From the NCBI GenBank assembly GCA_034226945.1, contig CP120453.1, forward strand, positions 868,001 through 932,000: a stretch of DNA of 64,000 bases, given 5' to 3'. Below, one piece after another: positions 24,913-34,992 of the stretch (position 1 is the stretch's first letter; every line of letters begins with the position of its first letter). The notes under the pieces are model-generated. The model was given only the letters and a program-made list of their open reading frames with translations. It searched no databases and was not told where the DNA came from. The DNA comes from Picochlorum sp. SENEW3 (taxonomy: Eukaryota). The position numbers and the translations under genes are program-made.

Positions 24913-26097
24913 TTATTTCTGTTTTGATCTCCATGCCTCAATCCATTCTCTTGCTTCTTTTTTACGTAACGCGGCATCATCTTCACCAGCTGAAGGAGTT
25001 GAGGTGCCTTGCACAGTTGCTGCATCGGTGTTCTCAGATCCCCCTGCAACAGCTGCAGCAACAATCAAGGTGGCAATACTTCCACCAATCAAAACAATTG
25101 GTGAATTGCCTGTTGTTGGAGGAAGTTTAGATTTGTTGGGAGACGATGTAGATTTCTCCTCTTTTGCTGCCACCACAGGAGCAGTTGTCTCTCCTTTAGT
25201 ATCTGATTTCAGTGGTGGTGCTGCCACAATAGGAGCATCAGCAACCGGTTTTTGTTCTGAGGGAGTCTTGCTAGCAGTTTTCTGTTCCACCGCTGGCAAT
25301 GGCTCTTTCTTCACAATTGCTGGTTTTTCCTCGGAGATTGGCTTTGAGCCCACTGCCATGAATGCTCCAATCACAGCCACAAGTCCAACAAGCAACGCAG
25401 GAGCAGCTCCATTTGAAGATTCAGACTTCTCTCCCTGCTTTCCTTGCGTTTTCCTCGTTACAGTTCCCACCTTTTTCGTCTCAGAACTAGTTTTCCTCTG
25501 AGTGCCAGCTGCCGATGTTGCTTTCCTTGTTGTTCCTGCGCTCAGCCTGACAGTCCCAGTTGGCACCTTCTTCTTCTGTGTCTTTGGCTTTGGAGGAGAA
25601 GATGCCTTTTTACTAGAAGACGCTCCACCTTTGGACCCTTGCTGTCCAATAGCCACCACACCGGCCAACCCAGCCAATCCCAATCCCACCTCCACTGGAT
25701 TCGCAGCAGGTCCTGCTGCAGATCCCTTGCTAGGCTTTGTTGAGAAAGATGACGACGTCGATCCCTTACCGGAACCACCCTTTTTTGCGCTTTTTATCGT
25801 CCCCTTCTTCTTCTTACCCCCCTCAGAGGAGCTCATTTTCTTGTACTTGCTCAGCAAGTCAGCAGTATCCAGCCTTTTGGTATTGCTCAGCAACTCGTCA
25901 TAATATGGATCAGTGCGGGCTTCCGCGTCGAATGCCATCAACAATCCCGCACTAAGAACACTCAAAGATTTAATAATCCCGTCCCTACGCGATACAGTAT
26001 CGGGATCAACTGCCTTTACGACAACTCTGGTGCGAGTCCCATGTCCCCCTACAACACCCCTCGTCTTCGCAAAACGACAAGCCAGATCCATCGTCAT
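24913..26097 (-). CDS. Uncharacterised plastid/thylakoid membrane protein with three hydrophobic segments and K/S/T/P-rich linkers
   Basis: Intact 394-aa ORF; transit-like start, RR + hydrophobic + AEA, terminal EAREWIEAWRSKQK. Confidence 0.7.
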   Translation of the reverse strand: MTMDLACRFAKTRGVVGGHGTRTRVVVKAVDPDTVSRRDGIIKSLSVLSAGLLMAFDAEARTDPYYDELLSNTKRLDTADLLSKYKKMSSSEGGKKKKGTIKSAKKGGSGKGSTSSSFSTKPSKGSAAGPAANPVEVGLGLAGLAGVVAIGQQGSKGGASSSKKASSPPKPKTQKKKVPTGTVRLSAGTTRKATSAAGTQRKTSSETKKVGTVTRKTQGKQGEKSESSNGAAPALLVGLVAVIGAFMAVGSKPISEEKPAIVKKEPLPAVEQKTASKTPSEQKPVADAPIVAAPPLKSDTKGETTAPVVAAKEEKSTSSPNKSKLPPTTGNSPIVLIGGSIATLIVAAAVAGGSENTDAATVQGTSTPSAGEDDAALRKKEAREWIEAWRSKQK

Positions 26098-26503
26098 CGA
26101 CTGTAATAAATCCTAGGTATAATTGAGTTGATCCACTCTCCCGATGAATGCCATCAGATCAGTACAACGTGCGCATTTTCATGTCGTATTCCCAGGATAA
26201 CCAAAGATTGCCCTGATCTGATCAGTTCATGAACTGCCGGTTCATGGACACATGTGTACACGGCACGGGCGTCTCGACAATGGGGTGACACGTATTTTGG
26301 TTCCAGCTGAAGCCTCCACCCAGTCTCATCATTGACCATGAGAGATGTGTTTGGATGGGATACTGACATCGATTTCGACACCCTGCGAAGACGAGGCTAC
26401 AAACCATGACAGGTGGCGGGTGTTCCAATTGACCGTGCATTGCCATTCATAGACATATAGCAATGACCTGTCCGTACCATATATGTGAATAATTTTTTAC
26501 AGT

Positions 26504-28804
26504 ATGTTGAATACGATGTCATTGCGATTGGGTGGTGTGGGGAAACGACCTCAGTGGGTACCTCCCAACCACACCAAGCAGCAACGTCAGTTGTGTGCAA
26601 TAGAGGCATGCTGTGTACGTTATAGTAGAATGAGATCTTGTTTGGGTGGTTTTAATGTCACATTGTGTGTGCTATCGCAGAATTCACGAGAATGCGGAAA
26701 GGAAAGGACCTGTGGGGTCTCGACGATTGGTCAGCAGAGGAAGCAGGCTCTCGTGTGCCATGCTGTGGCACATGAGGAAGTAGAGCATTCCTTTCATGCA
26801 TTGATGACTAGTAGAGATAGGAAATACGTGATGGTGAGTGGTAAGGGGGGTGTGGGAAAGACGAGTCTGTCGGCCTCTCTAGCTCTTCAGTTTGCTCGGG
26901 CGGGGCATACAACGCTGCTGGTATCTACCGATCCAGCTCATTCATTGTGTGATTCCTTGGATCAAGATGTGAGTGGAGGGTCTCCTGTGCAAATTGAAGG
27001 AGTTGATTATCCTCTATGGGCGATGGAAATTGATCCAGAGGTTGAGAGGGAAAAGTTCAAGGCATATACATCTGGGGATGGTCGCAAGGCGGTGGATTCG
27101 GTGGCTGGAGGTTTTGGACTGACCGGTCTATTTGAACAATTATCTGATATCAAATTAGGAGAGTTGTTAGATTCTCCTCCACCTGGGTTTGATGAGGCTG
27201 TGGCCATTGCCAAGGTGCAGCAGTTTGTCACAAAGGAGGAGTTTGCAAAGTTCACAAGAATTGTTTTTGATACCGCCCCTACGGGACATACATTGCGTTT
27301 ATTGACTGTGCCAGACTTTGTGGATGCTTCTTTGACGAAGATCATTGAGCTTAGACAGTCTATTTCCCATGCAAGTCAGGCCGTTAGGTCCTTATTCAAT
27401 TCTTCTGAAGAGGACAAGGTGGACAATCTTGTTCAACTCCAACAGAATATCCGCCAAGTTAAGTCATTATTTCGAGATTCTGAATCCACCGAATTCATAA
27501 TTGCTACGATTCCAACGATGCTAGCGGTGAATGAGAGTGTTAGGCTGATCCATGCTCTGCGAAAGGAAAATATTCCTTGCCATAGGATAGTTGTGAATCA
27601 AATCATCCGCGAGGGGACCGGTGATGCATATTTAAAAATGAAGCTTAAGGGACAGGAAAGGGCTTTGGATGAAATATCCAGTGATGAACAGCTGGCATCA
27701 CTGAAGCCAATCTTGTCACCATACTTGGACTTGGAAGTGAGAGGGGTGCCAGCATTGTCGTGCTTGGGAAGTAGAATATGGGAGAATATGCGAGCTGAAC
27801 TCTCATCGGGTGAGGAAAGGAAATTTTTCATGCTTGGTGGAAAAGGCGGTGTTGGTAAGACGAGTTGCTCTGCTAGTTTGGCAGTAGAGCTTGGGCAATT
27901 CGGATTTCGCACTTTGGTCGTATCCACAGATCCTGCTCATTCGTTGAGCGATTCATTCGACCAAGACTTAAAAGGAGGCTATCCCGTGGAGATTGACGGG
28001 ACTAATGGAAACGTTTGGGGGCTTGAAATTGACATTGAGGCTGCAAAGGAGGACTTGAGAAGTCTTGGAAAGGGAGAAAATGGAAAGGACTTTGATGACT
28101 TTTTGGACGGGCTCGGTTTGGGAGGCATAACAGATCAGTTAAAAAGCCTACGATTGGGTGAAATATTAGATACGCCTCCACCAGGTATTGATGAAGCAGC
28201 TGCGATTGCCAAAGTAGTGCAGCTCCTCAAGACTGAAGAATATTCCGGCTTCAACCGAATCGTATTTGATACGGCTCCGACTGGACACACGCTCCGATTA
28301 CTCACACTACCAGAATTTGTTAATACCAGCGTGGGTAAAATTCTCCGCATCCGTCAAAAGATTGTCGGATTTGCAGACTCTGTGAAAGGAATCTTCACAG
28401 GGGGTGAAAAGGTGGACAAGACAAATGAGAAAATAGAAAGGTTTCAAAAGTCGATGACAGAGGCTAGAGAAATTTTCAGGAACGAGTTGACTACCCAATT
28501 CATAATCGTCACGATACCAACAATGATGGCAGTGTCTGAGAGCTCAAGACTTGCTGAAGCTCTGCGTAAAGAGGACGTGCCAGTCAAATATGTTCTGATC
28601 AATCAAGTCTTAGATGGTTCCACGACGGATGTATTCTTCAAGAACCAATACAAGGATCAGCAGCGAGCCCTCCAATTTCTCAAGTCCGATGTTGATCTTG
28701 GAAATTTGGAAATACACGAGTCGCCTGTATTTGATCTAGAGATTCGTGGAACAGCCGCACTGCAGTACTTTGGTGATGTCGTCTGGAAGGAGACACAGCC
28801 CTGA
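26504..28804 (+). CDS. ARSA1: Tandem (two-domain) GET3/ArsA ATPase, organellar ARSA1-type
   Basis: Two copies each of GKGGVGKT, STDPAHSL, PPG.DE and DTAPTGHTLRLL; N-terminal targeting peptide. Confidence 0.9.
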   Translation: MLNTMSLRLGGVGKRPQWVPPNHTKQQRQLCAIEACCVRYSRMRSCLGGFNVTLCVLSQNSRECGKERTCGVSTIGQQRKQALVCHAVAHEEVEHSFHALMTSRDRKYVMVSGKGGVGKTSLSASLALQFARAGHTTLLVSTDPAHSLCDSLDQDVSGGSPVQIEGVDYPLWAMEIDPEVEREKFKAYTSGDGRKAVDSVAGGFGLTGLFEQLSDIKLGELLDSPPPGFDEAVAIAKVQQFVTKEEFAKFTRIVFDTAPTGHTLRLLTVPDFVDASLTKIIELRQSISHASQAVRSLFNSSEEDKVDNLVQLQQNIRQVKSLFRDSESTEFIIATIPTMLAVNESVRLIHALRKENIPCHRIVVNQIIREGTGDAYLKMKLKGQERALDEISSDEQLASLKPILSPYLDLEVRGVPALSCLGSRIWENMRAELSSGEERKFFMLGGKGGVGKTSCSASLAVELGQFGFRTLVVSTDPAHSLSDSFDQDLKGGYPVEIDGTNGNVWGLEIDIEAAKEDLRSLGKGENGKDFDDFLDGLGLGGITDQLKSLRLGEILDTPPPGIDEAAAIAKVVQLLKTEEYSGFNRIVFDTAPTGHTLRLLTLPEFVNTSVGKILRIRQKIVGFADSVKGIFTGGEKVDKTNEKIERFQKSMTEAREIFRNELTTQFIIVTIPTMMAVSESSRLAEALRKEDVPVKYVLINQVLDGSTTDVFFKNQYKDQQRALQFLKSDVDLGNLEIHESPVFDLEIRGTAALQYFGDVVWKETQP

Positions 28805-28847
28805 ATACGAAATTATGGCACAATATACATGTTAATTGTAAAAGTTA

Positions 28848-30088
28848 TCAGTTTTTTTTCTTCGAGTCGATATGGTAAATATTTCGGGCAGGCCTCCCAG
28901 CCAAGGAAAAGCTCAAAACTATGTACGCCACAAAGAGTACCCCAAGAATTGAATTCCATGGACTTGCAATTGCAACATATGCTCCTCCCACCATCTTCAC
29001 CACGCTCCAAATTAATGCCAAAAGAATTGCAATTTCTACTGGGCAGACGAGGAGCAAAATTAATGCATTTCGTAGTGGCAAATACCTGAAAGGCTCTGGA
29101 TCAGGAAGCTCATTGAGATCTGCAGCACAACCATGAATTCAAGGAACTGGAATTTGCACCTGACCCGCTGCATAACAAACGTACCTTTCCAATCTGCACT
29201 AAAGACCTCTACCCACTCCGTATCCCATGTCGACTGAACAGCCTTCATGAATTCCTCAAAATCCTTAAAGTTCTCAGGGTAAATTACATCCGAATATCCC
29301 ACAGTCACAGTCTGTCCAAACCCGACTAACATTTTTTTCTCTGACAAAATTGCTTCTTTATTCCCACCGATGACAATCTGAACCGGAATCTTTCTATCAT
29401 ACGCATAGTGCAGCATGCCCCGTTTCAACGGCAAGGATTCACCATTGGTACTGCGATGCCCCTCAGGATACACACCCAATGCAGTCTGCGTACTCTTCCC
29501 CCATTCATCGTCAATCCACTTGTTGAATTTCACTTTATTTGCTATGCTCCCCCTTCTAAATATCAAAACTGCCCGAACAAACCACATGGGAATCATAAAC
29601 AATGGAAACACATATGCAACTGCCCATCGACTCATAAACAACGTCCTCCCCTCCGTCACATACTGATCCACCATGAAATCTGCCCAACTTCGATGGTTGC
29701 ACTACGCACATGCACAGAATATCGTCAAATACCAAGAATAACCCTCCAAGAGTCTCAGCAACGTACCAAATACACAACCTTATCCCTGTACAGATCCCTC
29801 TTCCCGACCTTTAACACTTTAAATCTGTAAATACTCTTCATCCCCTTTGACCTGCAAAGCACAGGGATGGCGTAGCTTGGTCGCACTCGACTCATTTCAA
29901 ATCTTCTCTCAGACAACAACGCACCAACCGAGGACATCATTCCTCTTCCTCCAAAGATTCAACCATTCTAAACTATGAGTCAGACTGAAAATCGGAATAG
30001 ACCAAGTCAGGCAAAATACAGTGAAGAGAAATGGAGGCAGACGAAACACAAGACTGTCCATGGCACTGAGCCCCGACATCCCCGCCAT
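28848..30088 (-). CDS. LPAAT2: Chlorophyte-type lysophosphatidic acid acyltransferase (LPAAT2-like), spliced
   Basis: Rebuilt exons give LPPFLFTVF..WSIPIF..KRNDVLGW, CNHRSWADF, YPEGHRS, PLKRGML, plus C-terminal TMs. Confidence 0.85.
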
Positions 30089-30277
30089 CGTCGCAATTCA
30101 ATTCAATTCTAATCTATGAATAAAAGTGCCCAAGCCTAACGTATATGAGGCCGTGATACGAGGACATCAAATCTTCCTTATTTTGTTTTGTATCCAGACC
30201 GATCCCGCAGCACCCACGCCTTCATTCATCACGAGGGCAATGCCCATCCATTTAATGTACAAATTTTCACCACAACC

Positions 30278-30654
30278 ATGTCGCAAGTCGATCCCCAAGC
30301 AGCCATGCAAATGGCTCAACAGGAAATGGAGTATAGAGTAGACCTATTCAACAAGTGCGTCAGCAATCTTGCCGACTAATGGACAGAGATGATGATAATA
30401 TTAATAATTTTGAATGTGCAGAATGGTATCATCGTGTTATGACAAGTGCATCGACAAAAGGTACTCTTTGCCTCTCCTCCTTCTTCCACACCACAACTCT
30501 ACTGGCTCACTACTCTACTACTGTTCATTGCAGGTATAAAGATGGTGAATTAAGCGTTGGAGAGAATACATGCATAGATAGATGCTCCTCCAAATACTGG
30601 CAGGTGACTGGAATAGTTGGTCAGATGCTTGGTGCCCAGCAGGGTGGTCCTTGA
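30278..30654 (+). CDS. TIM10: Mitochondrial small Tim chaperone, three exons
   Basis: MAQQEMEYRVDLFN, twin CX3C (CYDKC / CIDRC), GELSVGEN. Confidence 0.9.
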
Positions 30655-30725
30655 CACGTCTATGAAAAAGAATTCCTTCATGTAACAACAATCATTAGAT
30701 ATTAACTAGATCTTCCAAGTTCATA

Positions 30726-30846
30726 TGCCAGGCTTGTAGCGAGACCTTGCTCGCTTGGGCAAGGTTATATGCAAGTGTTGACATGACCAGCAGCTCGTTT
30801 GAACTGCTACATCAGTATCTTCAAGCTAGCTCGTGATTGAACACAT
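30726..30846 (+). ncRNA. Candidate box H/ACA snoRNA
   Basis: Two hairpins. H box ACATGA at 30781-30786 and ACA at 30841-30843, each exactly 14 nt after the base of its upper stem. Confidence 0.65.
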
Positions 30847-30999
30847 CCCATTGGATAGAGCCCCCCAAGTGGGGGAATTCGCAGTTTCGATGCACTGATT
30901 TAATTCTATTTCATACAGTTATTATCTGGTGGTACCATACCACCGGGTTTCTTTGATTTGATTGGAGCAGAAGAGTTTCGTGCGGTCGGCTCCTTGGCC

Positions 31000-32028
31000 A
31001 TGGGGAGCCACTCACATGTCATCGGACGGGGTCCCCCCGTGCCAGCGACCCTGGGTGCAAGGCAATATGTCCAATTACATAGAAGAAATAGTTGCAGGCA
31101 GGCGAGGTATGTTTCGAAGCAATGGAACTTGCCCTCGGAGGGAACCACGACACTTGTCGCGAGGGCTAGGAATGTGGATAGTGCAGCGGTGGATCTGGGA
31201 GAAGAGGAGAGGAGAAGCAAGGTAGTAGGTAACGTAGCTGTTATGGGTGCCATTGGATGTGCTGCAGCCTTTGCTCTTCTTCGTCTAGACTCAAATCCTT
31301 GGGAAGCGTATCAGGCAGCGGTCAAAATGAATCCCATCGAGACAAAGGCATGTATCTCTGGAATTGTGTACAGTTTTGGTGATCTGATTGCACAAAATTA
31401 CGAGGGAAGGGACATTTCTGACTGGGATAGAGGGAGGATAGTTCGTAGTGGGTTGTGCGGGTTGTTGGCTCATGGTCCCTTGAGCCATTTGTATTATGTG
31501 GGCCTGGACAAAGTATTTGCCCAGCAAACCCTGATTGATGTGAACGGTTGGCTGAGTCCAATCATCAAGGTTGGTATAGACCAGACAGTGTGGAGTTTGT
31601 TCTGGAATAGTACATACTATGTTCTCCTAGGAATTTTGAAAGCCGAGTCTCCAAAGACAATTGTCTCATCTGTGCAGCAGAGTTGGTGGGATTTGCTGAG
31701 GGCAGGTTGGCGACTGTGGCCAATTGTTCACATATGCACCTACGGCATCATCCCTGTGCAGCACCGACTCTTGTTTGTGGATGCTGTCGAGCTTGTGTGG
31801 GTGTGCATCTTGAGTACCTATGGTCAGCAGCAAAGAGAAGCACGGGGCAACAATCCAGATTCGCCATCATGGGTTGCTTGTGCCTTGCCAGGACAGGCCG
31901 GTGAGGGTGGTGATCCTGCTGAGGAGATTATTCGGGGAATGGAATCTGAGAGCCAGGTTGTCTTTGATGTTTGCGGGGAAACTGTTGTCAAATCCCCCGA
32001 ACAGGTGTATTCTGAGGTTGAAGCCTGA
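31000..32028 (+). CDS. Mpv17/PMP22 family membrane protein
   Basis: NPIETKACISG..GDLIAQ, KVGIDQTVW, GWRLWPIVH..YGIIP..RLLFVD.VE. Confidence 0.9.
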   Translation: MGSHSHVIGRGPPVPATLGARQYVQLHRRNSCRQARYVSKQWNLPSEGTTTLVARARNVDSAAVDLGEEERRSKVVGNVAVMGAIGCAAAFALLRLDSNPWEAYQAAVKMNPIETKACISGIVYSFGDLIAQNYEGRDISDWDRGRIVRSGLCGLLAHGPLSHLYYVGLDKVFAQQTLIDVNGWLSPIIKVGIDQTVWSLFWNSTYYVLLGILKAESPKTIVSSVQQSWWDLLRAGWRLWPIVHICTYGIIPVQHRLLFVDAVELVWVCILSTYGQQQREARGNNPDSPSWVACALPGQAGEGGDPAEEIIRGMESESQVVFDVCGETVVKSPEQVYSEVEA

Positions 32029-32256
32029 CCATTCGTGCATGATGCATACATATTTTGCATGTAACAGTAATGGACGTATCACCTTTTTTCCCGTGATGCT
32101 TGAGCTCAACATGGCGATCGATACATCATCGACGATGAATCATCACTCCCTTACATATATATGGTCATTCTGAGTTGATTAATTATTAACAATTTTCCCA
32201 TAGATTCTCTCTAACGTACTGTAGATTCCAATTGCTATTGATCACGATTGCAACAG

Positions 32257-33246
32257 ATGATCTTCTCGGCGCGTCTTTTCTCTGCAAGCGTCGTGCTTGC
32301 CTTGGGTATGTTTCTCATGTGACTACAGATAATATAATTCATCCATCTGGGATGCTTGTTGACCCGATGATTGCATTACATGGTGCAGTTGGTTGCGCTG
32401 CGGCCGACGTTGAGGTCAAGGCTTGGTTCCCTGATAGCCCTTCTTTGGAGTTTGTGGTCGGCCAGCCAATAACAGCTATTCTTGGAGTCAGAAACAACGG
32501 ACCAGAAGGGTTTAATCTGACTGCAGTGCAAGGGAACCTTGCTCTAGTCACTGATCCAAGTGGGAACGTTTTTAACTTCACCGGAGCGGTACGTGCAATC
32601 TTTTGATTGCGATCACCTTATGCATGATCGGCATTTACGTTTTTGATGGATGCAGGCCTATCAGTATCCAGAGATGGGAGCTGACGAGGAAGTGGTGGTT
32701 CAGTATATCATGCCTCTGCCACAGAATCTCCCACCACGTGACTTCTACCTGAGCTTGAAAGTTTTCTCCCAGGGTGAGGATATTTTGATGAAACAGGCGT
32801 TCAATGAGGTACGTGAGAGTGATGTTGAGTATGCAAGCCTGGGACGGTGGTCACCTGTATGAGTGATTGTTGCAGACCATCAGCTTTGTTGAAGAGTCCA
32901 AGTTGATTGACTTTGAGCTTCTAGGGCTGTACGCTATTTTCATCGCCATCGTCGCAGTTATTGGTATGTGTCTTTTTCTGATCGTGGTCAAGCGATGCCT
33001 AAATCTAACATATATGCCCATGTGCCTGCAGTCTACAGCGTGTACTCGTACGCAGTTGGTCAGGGCTGGGTTAAGAAGCCAAAGGCAGCCAAGAAAACTG
33101 GTATGTTGGTTCTTTCTATCATATTCGTGAGGGTGCTCGTCTTAACCTTGTGATACTCTTCCTCTGCAGAGGTCCGAACTTCTGACAAGTCTGAGTGGCT
33201 CAAGGGAACAATTGCAGATAAGAACAAGAGTTCCAAGCAGAATTAG
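32257..33246 (+). CDS. Translocon-associated protein alpha (TRAP-alpha/SSR1-like), multi-exon
   Basis: Signal peptide, GVRNNG..FNLT, FNFT, AFNET ISFVE, one TM, basic tail with EWLKGT. Confidence 0.75.
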
Positions 33247-33572
33247 ATCAATATGTTGTAAAAGTGATGTACAAGTATGGCTACAAGTGATAGGTTCCCG
33301 ACATGCTTCTGCGCAAGGATGACGTTGACAACGTTACTCCATTCAAGATGTGTGTCGAATGCCATATGGCCATGCATGGAGATCTGCAGATCTCTACTAG
33401 AGGCCTTCACGACACCGATGGCGCCACGTGACTGCATCTTTCTCTCTTTTCGGACCTACAGGTCTGATGTCGAGGCGATGCTCCCAAGTGGAAAATATTA
33501 TATACTAGTTATCCTGAAATATGTATGATATCTATATAGATCCTGGTCCTGAGGACTAATACCCGTCTAAAA

Positions 33573-34951
33573 ATGGGCAAGAGTACGTTGGTCGCATGCA
33601 ATAACCCAATAGTGTATGGCCTCTCTCAGTGGGCATCTACTTATCAGAGATTTACATTCTATAGAAAAGAACAGTAGATGCAATCGGAAGAGTCGCAGGG
33701 ATGAGGAGGAAGGTGTCCAGGATGATTTGCAGGAGGAAGAGTACTCTGGCTTGGTTGACGAAGCTCTTGATATGATTTGTGATGCATCCAAATCAAAGCG
33801 TCTTGGTGGACTCGCAGCATTAGAAACATATCTGTTGCATCATGCTGGGAATGCGGAGATCGAGAAGCACGAGAATACTTTGGAGAGTGTGCTTTTTGGC
33901 TGTTTGAGAAGGGGCAAGGTAGAGGAGCGGTGCAAAGCTGCAACTGTCCTTGGTATGCTATTGCTCTTCCTCCGTCCTGTATTTTGATGCAAATGATGGT
34001 ATTATTTGAATCGCAGGTCTGATTGTATTTCATTATGGAATTAACGATTTCACAGAGGAGATACTTGAGAAGATGGAACGGTATGCTGCTCGCATCTTGT
34101 CAGATGTGCAAAAAGATGACTACAGCGAATTGATCCGATCTACTGCTATTATTTATTTCGTCCTTTGTGATAATCCTAGTGACACATTTGAATTCATGAG
34201 ACTTTTATTGTCGGTAGCGGACAAAGGTATGTACCTAATAACCTCAAAGTGAATTGGTGTTACTCAATTCCTGTTTTGTTCAGGGAAAAGCGATTCGCAG
34301 CGAGAAAGTGCGTTGCGCTGCTGGACATTTTTACTCATAGATATTGCGTCGATCAATCTGGGAGGACCTGAATTTGTGGAGGAGGCCCTCAAAGTTATGC
34401 ACCGATATCTGTTTCATACAGAATCAGGAGTGCGGCTAGCCGCTGGGGAGGCCATTACAATGCTTTATTCTCAATATGGACTGGCATCTTTGAATAGTTA
34501 TGAATCTCAAGATACCAGTAGGCAAGACGACGAGGCAAAATCTGGACTTGAGTTGATTCTTGGAAGAATGAAGGACATTGAAAAAAATATTGGAGAAACA
34601 ACGAGGAAGAGTAAGAAGGACAGGACAGAGCAGAGAGGCGAATTCAAAGAATTCTTGAAAATTATAGACGGAGAAAGTCCAAAGCAGAGTAAAATTTCTT
34701 TGCCAAATGGCCAAACCTTGATAGTTGATACTTTTTCAAGAATTGTGCAGCTGAACATGCTGCGTCTCTTTCTGGGAAGCGGATTTCAAGGCCATTTGTT
34801 GCATAACGCATTGATGCACGAGATATTTGACTTTGAACCACTGGAATTCGAAGCAGAGCGAACGAATTCAGACGAGAAAAAGGTTCGAAATAAGGAGCGT
34901 AACGAAGAAAGAAGGCTCAGTTCTGCATTGAAAAGTTCAATGATTTTATAA
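33573..34951 (+). CDS. IFRD (interferon-related developmental regulator) family protein, spliced
   Basis: Micro first exon (MGK); VRLAAGEAI, KKDRTEQRGEF, FLGSGFQGHL.HN.LMHEIF. Confidence 0.85.
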
Positions 34952-34992
34952 CGCTGCCCACGAGTTGAACATTGTTTCAAATAAATATTCTA

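Noticed and set aside
26153..26332. Possible C/D snoRNA (ATGATGA...CTGA on minus strand) and 10-bp inverted repeat
   Set aside because: No convincing terminal stem or recognisable rRNA guide; fits the general palindrome-rich promoter pattern.
26504..28804. Tandem GET3/ArsA as a novel fusion or arsenic-resistance gene
   Set aside because: Two-domain organellar ARSA1 is already known in green algae; no ars-operon context.
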